Positions 20,120 through 28,724 of a DNA stretch of 64,000 nucleotides are shown one piece after another. The stretch covers positions 122,247-186,246 of the forward strand of contig CBDCTW010000005.1 of the NCBI GenBank assembly GCA_965222425.1. Reading direction: 5' to 3'. Within the stretch, counting starts at the first letter, position 1. Each line of letters begins with the position of its first letter. The notes beneath the pieces were generated by a model, which saw nothing but the letters and a program-made list of their open reading frames with translations, was not told the origin of the DNA and searched no databases. Origin of the DNA: Candidatus Marinacidobacterales bacterium. Lineage in GTDB: Bacteria > Acidobacteriota > Vicinamibacteria > Marinacidobacterales > DATDRI01. A program made the position numbers and the translations under genes.

Positions 20120-20899
20120 TCATACCTCGTCCGCGTAGGTGTCCCGCAAGCGGTCAAAAAAGGCGTACCCGACCAAGAAGGTCACGACCGATCCCACCGA
20201 CACTGCCAAGAGCCACGGCCAATGTCCGAGGCTGCCGGTAAAGAGGGTCTGATGATAACCCACCAGAATGTGGGTCATCGGGTTGTAGTTGAGCCAGCGC
20301 TGAATGTTGGGAGAGATATCCAGGTACGGGTAGATGACCGGGCTTGAGAAAAACCATAACATCATTAAATTCGCCAAAATGTTCTGAACGTCTCGAAAGT
20401 GAACGGATAGCGCCGAGAAGAAGAGACATACGCCAAGAGTGAAGACCAGTTGAATGAGAACTACCCCAGGCAAGAACACGAGCGTCGCATGGATCTTCCC
20501 GAAGTAGATCAGGAAGATGAATAGGATCGGAAGCCCGAGAAAAAACTGCACCATGTTCGAGAGCACGACGACGAACACCAGCACTTCTGCCGGGAAGAGG
20601 ATCTTCTTGATGAGGTTTCCGCTGGTAATGAGAACGTTCGAGGACTCCAGAACCGACGCGCTGAACCACGTCCAGGGGAGGATACCGGTAAAGAGAAAGA
20701 GCGGATACGGCTCGACCTGGAAGCGACCGGGCAGCACGTAGGCGAAGACGAACGTATAGATGAGTAGCTGGAGAAGCGGATTAATGAAGGACCAGAAAAA
20801 GCCCAGGACCGAACCGCGATAGCGGGCCGTCAGCTCGCGCACCACGAGGCTCTCGATGAGCACGCGATAGCGGATGAGGTTCTTGAGGTTAGTGAGCAA
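20120..20899 (-). CDS. ABC-2 type polysaccharide exporter permease (Wzm/TagG)
   Basis: 259 aa, six hydrophobic segments, ABC-2 N-terminal motif ...LTARYRGSVLGFFWSFINPLL. Confidence 0.85.
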   Translation of the reverse strand: MLTNLKNLIRYRVLIESLVVRELTARYRGSVLGFFWSFINPLLQLLIYTFVFAYVLPGRFQVEPYPLFLFTGILPWTWFSASVLESSNVLITSGNLIKKILFPAEVLVFVVVLSNMVQFFLGLPILFIFLIYFGKIHATLVFLPGVVLIQLVFTLGVCLFFSALSVHFRDVQNILANLMMLWFFSSPVIYPYLDISPNIQRWLNYNPMTHILVGYHQTLFTGSLGHWPWLLAVSVGSVVTFLVGYAFFDRLRDTYADEV

Positions 20900-20955
20900 G
20901 ATTGTAAGAGTTTAGCTCAAAGGCGAACTGCAATCTGTAGCATCCCAGCAACTCC

Positions 20956-22656
20956 TTGTCAAACCAGCAACTTAGAGGAGGAAGAGGGTCGATGCGTAAG
21001 AGCGACACACACGGCGCCTTGACCTCCGCCCGGGAAGGCGCTATACCCGACGGGAGCCAATTAGCCGAAGAGACGCATGGGGGTCCAGCCGTGAAGCTCA
21101 CTCGCAAACAGTTCCTCGAACTCTCGAGCCGGGCGGCGATGGGGGCGGCCGCCTACTCTGCTTTTCCGTTCGTGACCAACCCCGCCTATGCGCAAGATGT
21201 CCTGAGCTCGGACGGCGTCCGCCGCGCCCATCGGTACATCGCCGCGCACAAAGAGGAGCACATCGCCAAGCTACAGGCCGACCTGCGACAGGCCTCGGTG
21301 AGCTCCTGGAACATGGGTATCCGTGAGATGGCGGATCGCATGGTGGAATCGTTCCGCACGTTGGGTTGCCAGGAAGTGAAGCTCATCGAAACCAAAGGGT
21401 ACCCGGGTATCTGGGCCTACTACGATGCGGGAGCCCCCAAGACCGTCGTGACTTACATGATGTATGACACTCAACCTTTCGAAAAGGAACGGTGGATGGC
21501 AGATCCCCTGGCCGCCGAAAGAATGTCGATGGCTCCCTTCGAGGAAATCATCCTCGCCCGAGGAGCGTACAACTCCAAAGGACCGAACCGCTTCTTCTTG
21601 AACGCTTGCGAAGCCATCATCGCCAGCGGCGGTAAGCTCCCGGTCAACATCATGTTCACCTGTGACGGCGAAGAGGAACAAGGCTCTCCAAACTTCCATC
21701 AAGTGCTGGACCCTTACCGTGAACGATTGAAGACCGCGGACGCCATGCTTCAAGCCGGACCAGGGCAGCAGCCGGATGGTTCGGTCGAAATGCGCCTCGG
21801 CACCAAGGGTATTCTCTATCTCGAGCTCGAGGTGAGTGGTGTGAGATGGGGACGCGGCCCTCAAAACATGCCGATCCATTCCAGCCGCAAGGCCGTTCTG
21901 GACAGCCCGGTCTGGCGGTTGGTGGACGCACTTCGCAGCATGTACGCCCCGGCGGAGAATAAGATTCTTATCGATGGCTGGTACGACGACATCCGGCCCC
22001 CTAATGAAGAAGAGCTGATGCTTTACAACGAGCTCGTCACCCAGCACGCCGATCGACTATTCGTATCCGAATCGGAAAACGTTGAACGATGGATAAACGA
22101 TTGGTCCGACGTCGAAGCAGCCGAGCATCTCATCTTCGACACGTCATTCAACCTCGACGGCATCTGGGGCGGGTATACCGGACCGGGCTCGGCAACCATC
22201 CTTCCCGAAAAGGCCGCGGTAAAGTTGGACAGCCGCCTCGTTCCCGATCAAGAAATCGCGAAGCAGAAGCAGCTGTTCTTGGAACACTTGGAGCGACATG
22301 GCTACGACGACATCGAAGTGAAACAGCTTGGCGGAGGAGACGAATGGTCTCAGACAAGCGTCAAGGCTCCGGTGGTCCAGGCGATGTTGTCGGTCTATCG
22401 TCATTACGGCATCGAGCCCGCCATCTGGCCGCGCTCCCCGACCTCCAGCCCCAGGTGGGAGTTCACGCGGAAATTAGGTCTGCGGGACGTCAGAGGTGGG
22501 CTCGGACATGGCGGTCGCGCGCACGCGGTGGACGAGTACATCGTCATCGAGGGAAACGAGAAAGTGGCCGGGATCGTAAAGGCGGAGCAATCCTTGGTAG
22601 ATCTCCTCTTCGCCTACGCGGACTATCCGGAGGAACCTCGAGACTCGTCTGCTTAG
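20956..22656 (+). CDS. M20-family metallopeptidase (dipeptidase-like), exported
   Basis: YDTQP, ARGAYNSKGP and DGEEEQGSP motifs. N-terminal signal-like region ending ...NPAYAQD. The exact start is uncertain. Confidence 0.8.
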   Translation: MSNQQLRGGRGSMRKSDTHGALTSAREGAIPDGSQLAEETHGGPAVKLTRKQFLELSSRAAMGAAAYSAFPFVTNPAYAQDVLSSDGVRRAHRYIAAHKEEHIAKLQADLRQASVSSWNMGIREMADRMVESFRTLGCQEVKLIETKGYPGIWAYYDAGAPKTVVTYMMYDTQPFEKERWMADPLAAERMSMAPFEEIILARGAYNSKGPNRFFLNACEAIIASGGKLPVNIMFTCDGEEEQGSPNFHQVLDPYRERLKTADAMLQAGPGQQPDGSVEMRLGTKGILYLELEVSGVRWGRGPQNMPIHSSRKAVLDSPVWRLVDALRSMYAPAENKILIDGWYDDIRPPNEEELMLYNELVTQHADRLFVSESENVERWINDWSDVEAAEHLIFDTSFNLDGIWGGYTGPGSATILPEKAAVKLDSRLVPDQEIAKQKQLFLEHLERHGYDDIEVKQLGGGDEWSQTSVKAPVVQAMLSVYRHYGIEPAIWPRSPTSSPRWEFTRKLGLRDVRGGLGHGGRAHAVDEYIVIEGNEKVAGIVKAEQSLVDLLFAYADYPEEPRDSSA

Positions 22657-22787
22657 CCAACAGAAAGGAGGGGTTTTGGAACAGCACGTGAAGGTTGTCG
22701 GTGTTCTTTACATCGTCTCGGGAACGATGGGCGTCATTGCTGCCCTGATCTGTCTCATGATTCTCGGCGGGGCCGCGGGGATCGTCG

Positions 22788-22796
22788 GAATCGTCG
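22788..22796. repeat. Target-site duplication (left) of the IS256-family element
   Basis: GAATCGTCG immediately outside the left IR. An identical 9-mer lies at 24197-24205. Confidence 0.8.
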
Positions 22797-24196
22797 GGTC
22801 AAGTCTTAATTTTCCTGTCAAATCTCCGTACGGTTCCCCGCGCTCGGTTAAGCTGCTGATTTCTCCGACGTGCCTTGCGGGAGAAGCTCGTTGCGAAGCT
22901 CCTCGACTTTCCTAGCGGCGAAGACATCCATCCTCACGCCGCGCCATTTGTTTGCGACGGCCAAGAGCACAGCGAACGAGAGTTTCGTCGCGGCCTCCTC
23001 GGTGAAGAAGTGAGGAATGACCTTTGTGCGACGTTTGTGCTCTCCGAACGTGCGCTCAAGTAGATTCGACGTGCGAAGCCTTTTGTGATGCGCCGCAGGA
23101 AGGCGTAGCGCCTGAAGACACGCTTCGAGGGTCTCTTCCATGCACTTCATCGCGCTCGGGAATCGTTGACGGTACCGAGTGATCACCTCCCGACCCTTCT
23201 TCAGCCCTTGCTCGTAGCTGTTCGCATGGAACGACTCAAGGATGGCCGCCTTGAGTTCGTCGCGCACTTCCTTCGGAGCCTTGCCCAGGATGTTCTCGAG
23301 GCGGTGCTTCTGGCAACGTTGCTTGAGGCTTCGAGGGAAGACCTCTGCGATCGCTTTGAGCACTCCAGGATTCCCGTCCGTCACGATGAGTAACGGCTCC
23401 CTCATTCCTCGGGCCACCATCTCCTGCAAGAACCCTTTCCAGTTCTCGTAGGATTCTCGGTTGCCGACACCGATATGAAGAAGAACTCGCGTCCCATCAG
23501 CGCGATAGCCGGTCGCAACGAGGATGGGCTCTTTCCTCTCCGCTCCTTGGTGGTAGCGCAGGTACGTGCCGTCGAGCTCGAGATACAACAGCTTCTCGTT
23601 CGAGAGATCCCGTTTTCGAAACGCCTCGAAATCCTCCGACAGACACCGTGTGACCCGGCTCACCACCGACTTCGAGACACCCGTGCCGCTCAGCACGTCC
23701 GCGAACGTCGCCTCAATGTCACGCGTCGACATCCCGTGGACGTACATCCGCGCGATCAGTTCATCGAGTTTCTCGGTCCGGCTCACGTAGGCGTCGAGAA
23801 TCTTTGACTGAAACACCTTCTCTGTTTCTCGTACCTGCGGCACTTGCACCGTTACCGCTCCCTCGCCCGTGAGGACCCGATGCGACTCATACCCGTTGCG
23901 TCGTCCCTTCTCCTTCGTCGTTGCCGGAGCGTTCTCATAGTAATTTCGACCCAACGCCTCCGTCACCTCGCGCTCCAACGCATATTGAAGCATCATCTGA
24001 GCTCCCGACCGGACGATCTCCGAGAGATTCATCTCCCCAAATACCAGTTGTTCCTCGAACTGCTTGAGCAATCGCTGACTCGGTAGTACCTTTCCCATGA
24101 TGTATGGTTCTCCTTTTCTGTCCCCATGACGGGGACGGGTTTGAGCTTGGGGAACCATACATCGTTTTTCTTTGACAGGAATCTTAAGACATCACC
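22797..24196 (-). mobile_element. IS256-family insertion sequence, 1400 bp
   Basis: Imperfect terminal inverted repeats: GGTCAAGTCTTAATTTTCCTGTCAAA (left) versus the reverse complement of the right end, GGTGATGTCTTAAGATTCCTGTCAAA. One transposase ORF. Flanked by the 9-bp direct repeat GAATCGTCG. Confidence 0.85.
22848..24158 (-). CDS. IS256-family (mutator-type) transposase
   Basis: 436-aa ORF, probably starting at MGKVLPSQ (24098, GGAGAA upstream). DDE-type body with ...LYLELDGTYLRY..., ...LIVTDGNPG..., ...CQKHRLENIL... typical of IS256/mutator transposases. Confidence 0.9.
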   Translation of the reverse strand: MVPQAQTRPRHGDRKGEPYIMGKVLPSQRLLKQFEEQLVFGEMNLSEIVRSGAQMMLQYALEREVTEALGRNYYENAPATTKEKGRRNGYESHRVLTGEGAVTVQVPQVRETEKVFQSKILDAYVSRTEKLDELIARMYVHGMSTRDIEATFADVLSGTGVSKSVVSRVTRCLSEDFEAFRKRDLSNEKLLYLELDGTYLRYHQGAERKEPILVATGYRADGTRVLLHIGVGNRESYENWKGFLQEMVARGMREPLLIVTDGNPGVLKAIAEVFPRSLKQRCQKHRLENILGKAPKEVRDELKAAILESFHANSYEQGLKKGREVITRYRQRFPSAMKCMEETLEACLQALRLPAAHHKRLRTSNLLERTFGEHKRRTKVIPHFFTEEAATKLSFAVLLAVANKWRGVRMDVFAARKVEELRNELLPQGTSEKSAA

Positions 24197-24205
24197 GAAT
24201 CGTCG
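24197..24205. repeat. Target-site duplication (right) of the IS256-family element
   Basis: GAATCGTCG immediately outside the right IR. Removing the IS plus one copy restores the reading frame of the host gene. Confidence 0.8.
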
Positions 24206-24467
24206 CGCAGGAAGAACCGGACGCCCGCATTGCCGTGCCCATCCTCGGAGCGGTCGGACTGGGGCTATTCTTGTTCTTGCTGCTACTCTCGGCCCCCGGG
24301 ATTATCGCCGGCGTCGGTCTTCTACAGCTCCGCCCCTGGGCTCGCATCGTCACAATTATCCTCTCAGCTTTGAATCTCATGAACATACCCATCGGCACCC
24401 TGGTAGGGCCTACGGCTTATGGGTGATGCTCTCCGCGGACACCGAGAAGCTCTTCAGCCCGTCGAGT

Positions 24468-24590
24468 GGCGTCTGACCGGCGTCTGGCCACACTGATGAG
24501 AAGCACCTCCGTATGACGACGCCAAGCATGCAAGTCGTCCTGTTTTGACGCCCGGCGTGTAACAGCAACCCCGTATTTTGGCGGCCGACA
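24468..24590 (-). repeat. Two to three units of the GGCGYC-AAAATA intergenic repeat family (inverted orientation)
   Basis: Reverse complement contains GGCCGCCAAAATACGGGGTTGCTGTTAC, GGGCGTCAAAACAGGA and GGCGTC-GTCATACGGAGGTGCTTCTCATCAGTGTGGCCA-GACGCC. These are near-identical in places to the unit at 29872-29917. Confidence 0.55.
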
Positions 24591-24641
24591 GGGATCCAGG
24601 GCGCAGTATTCCGGCATAATGGACCGAGGTAGCGTGCAGGG

Positions 24642-25778
24642 TTGAAACGTTGGATACGCGGGTTGGTTGGCCTTTTGGGACTTTTCGTCCTGCTTTTCTT
24701 TCTTCTGCACACGGCACCGGGCAAGGAGCTTTCCCGCAGTGTATTTGTAAACACCGTCTCCGCACTATCGGATAGTGACGCCTCGCTGGGACACCTCGAT
24801 TATCGTCTTTGGCATGGAGAGATCACGCTTTCCGATCTAACGCTTCGGTCCGAGTCCTTCGACCTGGAAGTTGCTCGCATCGAGCTCGGTGTCTCGCCGA
24901 CTCTTCAAATTTCCGCCGACGTTCGGGGGCCTCGGCTCGACCTTCGTTTCGTGCCCGACGGCGAGATGGACGCCGAGAGCGAGCCTTGGACCGGCCTTCC
25001 GGTAAGCATCCGCCATATCCAGCTCACAGACGGTCATGTCCGTGTGGAATACGAAGATGCGAATGCCTGGTTGGAGGTGGGTGGAATCGGGATTCAGCTC
25101 GACGAAGGGCGCTTAGCAGTCGAGGGCAAAGAGCTCCCTTTGGAACCACTCGAGGCGACCTTGGAGTGGAAGGGATCGGAAATCTTGTTAGAGCAAGCGA
25201 GGGTCGGTACCGGTTCTTCCGAGGTGCGAATGCGAGGCGTGCTGAGCCCATCCCCTCTCACCGCTAGTCTCGCTCTGGACTTCCAGCTCGATGCCGAGCT
25301 GATGGGTCTGTGGGTTCCAGATTGGCACATTGCTGGACGGGTCGATGGCCGTGCCCGGCTGGAGGTGAACGAGGATCGACTTCGAGTCGAAGGGGATTTC
25401 CGCTCCGAGGACTTCGACTTTCAAGAGATCGGTACATGGAAATTCACTGGCAAGGTGAAGTTGGAGGACGGCGTCCTCGAGTTGGCGCCCGTCGCTTTGG
25501 TCGGCTATGGCGGGACCGGCGAGCTCGAAGCGCGGATTGCGCTTCGAGATAACGGAAGGAGCGAGTTTCATTACCGATTCAACAACCTCGATCTCGGTCG
25601 TTTGACGAAGACCCTCACCGGACTCGAGCCCCCCTTCAACACCCGAGTTCATAGTGAAGCCACGCTGTCGGTGACGGATTGGCAAATGGAGAATGCCGAG
25701 GGGCAAGGTAGTATCCGTCTCTTGCAGAGATCGGGAGCGAAGGAGCCCTCCCAAGCGGAGAGCTTGTCTTTTCTCTAG
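24642..25778 (+). CDS. TamB/AsmA-like membrane-anchored protein, probably only the N-terminal part (truncated)
   Basis: N-terminal TM anchor MKRWIRGLVGLLGLFVLLFFLL followed by repetitive beta-rich segments (...LDYRLWHGEITLSDLTLRSESFDLEVARIELGVSP...). It is 378 aa, whereas TamB-type proteins usually exceed 1000 aa. It ends 100 nt before a convergent gene. Confidence 0.4.
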   Translation: MKRWIRGLVGLLGLFVLLFFLLHTAPGKELSRSVFVNTVSALSDSDASLGHLDYRLWHGEITLSDLTLRSESFDLEVARIELGVSPTLQISADVRGPRLDLRFVPDGEMDAESEPWTGLPVSIRHIQLTDGHVRVEYEDANAWLEVGGIGIQLDEGRLAVEGKELPLEPLEATLEWKGSEILLEQARVGTGSSEVRMRGVLSPSPLTASLALDFQLDAELMGLWVPDWHIAGRVDGRARLEVNEDRLRVEGDFRSEDFDFQEIGTWKFTGKVKLEDGVLELAPVALVGYGGTGELEARIALRDNGRSEFHYRFNNLDLGRLTKTLTGLEPPFNTRVHSEATLSVTDWQMENAEGQGSIRLLQRSGAKEPSQAESLSFL

Positions 25779-25878
25779 CCTCCGGCGACCTCCATGGTGG
25801 AGGTACGTTCTCTCATCCACGAAGACATGTTGATCGAAATAGAAGTGGATGCAATTCAAGGCGTGCCCTAGGACGCGC

Positions 25879-28707
25879 CTAGGAATTTGGCAGACCGGCA
25901 GAAACCAGATCGAGCCGCGGTTCGCCGACGTGTCGTGCGATTTGCTCCGCCGCCTGGTCTCGCAAACGAACCATCTCGGCGAGCGAGGCGTCCCGCGCGA
26001 GAAGCGGAGCCTCCACCACAATCGCTAGCTCACTCGCGCGAGGAAGCCACGATTCGTCTCTCAGAAAACGTCGCGTTCCCACGAGCGCTATGGGCACGAT
26101 GGCCCGGCCCGACTCCGCCGCCAGCTTGAAGGCGCCCAGCTTGAAGGGGCGCAATCCCGTGGCACGCGTAAACGTTCCCTCCGGGAAAAAAAAGATCGAG
26201 CGGCCTTCCCTCATCGCATCCCCCAACTTCCCAGCGTCCCTAACACTACTTTTACGATCCCCACGTTCGACCGACAGGTGGCCGAGACGCTCGATGAGCC
26301 TTCCCATCAACGGCCAGGTCATGGCATCGCTCTTGACGACGAAGACGAAGTCGAGCGGCAGCCCCGCCAACAAAGGCAACGGGTCGATGTAACTGGCATG
26401 ATTGGAGACCAGAACAAAAGGCCCTTCCACTCGCGCCTCTAGATGTTCCAGACCGCTTACTCGAAGGCGGTATCCCGCTAAGAATAGGAAGAGTCGGATT
26501 CCGATTCGCGATAGGCGGGAGAACAGATGTCCGGGAACAAGCCAGGAAAGTGTCCAGACCGGGAGGAACAAGGCTGCGGCCACAAAGAGAACATAGGCTC
26601 CGTAGACAAACCGCCCGAGCGCGGCCAAGCCGCGACGTATGGAAAGCACGGCGACGTGAAGGGCCATTTGCCACACCAGGAGTCGGTTCCCTCGCTGCTT
26701 ACGCGAGAGTTCCCCTCTCAGATACTGGTTTCGGCAGCTCGAGCGTCTGAGCTTCCCACTGGAGGTCTTGGGGACGGTGCGCGGTGGAACGACAAGAACG
26801 TCGTCTGCCCCGATACCAAGCGATTCGGTAAGACGCTGCTGAATCATCAGAGCGATCTGTTGTTTCGCGTCGTCACCTTCGACGCGAGCTTCGGCGACCA
26901 CTACGACCTTTTCGGTTCCGAGCCGGGGATCGCTGACTCCGAAAGCAACCACACACCCGCGGCGCACTCCTTCAACATCGGCAACCACTTCCTCGATCGC
27001 CTGAGGATACAGGTTGCGTCCGGCACGGATGATAATGTCCTTGGCGCGTCCGGTGATGAAGTACTCTCCCTCGACTACGAAGGCGCGATCCCCGGAGTCC
27101 AGCCAGCCACCTGGCTTCGATATTGCCTCCGTAGCCTCTCGGTTTCGAAAGTAACGCTTCATGGTGGATGGGCCGCGAAATTGGAGCGCACCCTCGACGC
27201 TTTCCGGAAGCTCCTTGCCCTCCTCATCGACGACCCGAAGCTCACACCCAGGTAAGGGTGACCCTGCAGAGACGAACCGGAGGGCCGTCTTGTCATTATC
27301 GGAAGCGGGGGTCGCCCGCCTCTCGTTTTCAAAGGGGTCTCTGGAGATTCTCGCGATACGGGGTCCGCGGCCGATAGGAGGTATGGATAGAGCCAGAGAG
27401 GATTCCGCCAAACCGTAAACTGGAGTCATGATTTGCGGTCGGAAGCCGTAGGCAGCAAACCTTCGGTTGAACCGGTCGACGGTGTCCGCCGAGACCGGCT
27501 CGGCTCCATTGAGCGCTCCTCGCCAGCTCGAAAGATCGAGCCCCTCCAGCGCTTCCTCCCGAATTTTTCTAACGCATAGCTCGTAACCGAAGTTGGGCGC
27601 CGCGGAAAGAGTGGCCCGCCGTGAGTGGATCGCCCACAACCACCGCTCGGGTCTAGACAGAAACGTCAACGGCGACATGATTGTGATCGGGAATCCGAAG
27701 ACGAGAGGAGTCAGCCAGCAACCGATCAGGCCCATATCGTGGTAGAGAGGCAGCCAGCTAACACCCACGTCGGTCGGTTTCAAATCGAGCGCTTCGCCGA
27801 TCGCTCGAATGTTCGAGAGAAGATTCCCGTGAGAAAGTAGCGCCCCTTTGGGATCGCCGGTACTTCCAGAGGTGTACTGAATGAGTGCCGGGGCCGTCGA
27901 ATCGACCGAGAGCACCGGCGCGGCGGTTGTGCTCGATCGAAGCTCTTCGACGGTCGTAACATGATCCATGTTGGGCACCCGGCGACGCAAGACGTGACCC
28001 ACCGAGCGGCCGCGGTCGACGGTTATGAGAATGTTGGCTTGGGAATTGAGGAGGATGTCTGCCTGGCGACCCACGTACTCCCCGATCCTGTCCAGGCTGA
28101 AAGGAGGATATAGGGGGACCGGCACGCCGCCGGCCAGAAGGATCCCGGCAAACGCGGCAAAGAAGTCTCTGCTCGTTGGGAGCATGAGTGCTACGGTATC
28201 GCCACGATGAACGCCTCGTTCCATTAGCCCGCCGGCCACTTCGCGAGCTTGTCCATGGAGCTCACCATAACGAATGACCTCCTCTCTGCCGCCCTCGCTT
28301 TGAAGGTGAATATGCGCTCTTTGGGGCTCCGCCTCTGCTCGGAAACGAAGTACTTCGAGGAGAGTCTCCGCTTCGACGGAAAACGACGGACTGGCAAGGA
28401 CAGGCGTTACCGCTTCCGCTCTTGCCTTGGCGATCGGAGCCTCCACCGACAAGACGGATTGAACCAGGTCGGCGGGTGTCTCGGCCTCGGCCAACGCAGA
28501 TTCCGGAAGCTCTACACCAAAACCACTCTCCAGTCGGGAGAGGAGCTCGACTCGCTCTAGGCTTCCTAGGCCGAGATCTTTTTCGATCGAGGCATCGAGC
28601 TCCACCGCCGCGAGCGCGCGACCTCCCCGCAATTCGTCGAGGAGTTCACGCAACGCCTGCAAAACTCGTCGCTCGACGTCAGCGCGATTGAGTTTCTCGA
28701 CGACCAC
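25879..28707 (-). CDS. Three-domain fusion: acyl carrier protein, fatty-acyl-AMP/CoA ligase, membrane segment, then PlsC-type acyltransferase
   Basis: N-terminus LGLGSLERVELLSRLESGFGVEL (phosphopantetheine Ser context). Middle domain YTSGSTGDPKGALLSHGNL ...SGKLRR (adenylate-forming). Hydrophobic helices follow, then NHASYIDP and FFFPEGTFTR (acyltransferase motifs I and III). 942 aa, uninterrupted. Confidence 0.85.
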   Translation of the reverse strand: MVVEKLNRADVERRVLQALRELLDELRGGRALAAVELDASIEKDLGLGSLERVELLSRLESGFGVELPESALAEAETPADLVQSVLSVEAPIAKARAEAVTPVLASPSFSVEAETLLEVLRFRAEAEPQRAHIHLQSEGGREEVIRYGELHGQAREVAGGLMERGVHRGDTVALMLPTSRDFFAAFAGILLAGGVPVPLYPPFSLDRIGEYVGRQADILLNSQANILITVDRGRSVGHVLRRRVPNMDHVTTVEELRSSTTAAPVLSVDSTAPALIQYTSGSTGDPKGALLSHGNLLSNIRAIGEALDLKPTDVGVSWLPLYHDMGLIGCWLTPLVFGFPITIMSPLTFLSRPERWLWAIHSRRATLSAAPNFGYELCVRKIREEALEGLDLSSWRGALNGAEPVSADTVDRFNRRFAAYGFRPQIMTPVYGLAESSLALSIPPIGRGPRIARISRDPFENERRATPASDNDKTALRFVSAGSPLPGCELRVVDEEGKELPESVEGALQFRGPSTMKRYFRNREATEAISKPGGWLDSGDRAFVVEGEYFITGRAKDIIIRAGRNLYPQAIEEVVADVEGVRRGCVVAFGVSDPRLGTEKVVVVAEARVEGDDAKQQIALMIQQRLTESLGIGADDVLVVPPRTVPKTSSGKLRRSSCRNQYLRGELSRKQRGNRLLVWQMALHVAVLSIRRGLAALGRFVYGAYVLFVAAALFLPVWTLSWLVPGHLFSRLSRIGIRLFLFLAGYRLRVSGLEHLEARVEGPFVLVSNHASYIDPLPLLAGLPLDFVFVVKSDAMTWPLMGRLIERLGHLSVERGDRKSSVRDAGKLGDAMREGRSIFFFPEGTFTRATGLRPFKLGAFKLAAESGRAIVPIALVGTRRFLRDESWLPRASELAIVVEAPLLARDASLAEMVRLRDQAAEQIARHVGEPRLDLVSAGLPNS

Positions 28708-28724
28708 GGCGGCGATTCACCTTT

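Larger units (their letters stand above)
22676..24476 (+). pseudogene. Small polytopic membrane protein gene, split by the IS256-family element and frameshifted near its 3' end
   Basis: MEQHVKVVGVLYIVSGTMGVIAALICLMILGGAAGIVGIV (to 22796) resumes after the IS at 24206 as AQEEPDARIAVPILGAVGLGLFLFLLLLSAPGIIAGVGLLQLRPWARIVTIILSALNLMNIPIGTLVG. A 1-nt shift at about 24410 is needed to reach YGLWVMLSADTEKLF. Confidence 0.6.

Noticed and set aside
19051-20241. Long antisense ORFs in the track: 19051..20241 (+), 21271..22047 (-), 25188..26021 (-), 37428..38678 (-), 40689..41483 (+), 42571..43479 (-), 43448..44386 (+), 48861..50348 (-)
   Set aside because: - Each lies entirely opposite a gene with clear family motifs.
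- Their translations are Arg/Pro/Gly-rich and low in complexity, as expected for the antisense strand of GC-rich coding DNA.
- None has a recognisable motif.
20956-21170. Twin-arginine (Tat) signal on the M20 peptidase
   Set aside because: - The n-region reads LTRKQFLELSSRAAMG, with K-Q where the invariant R-R should be.
- This suggests an exported protein, but it cannot be called a Tat substrate from sequence alone.
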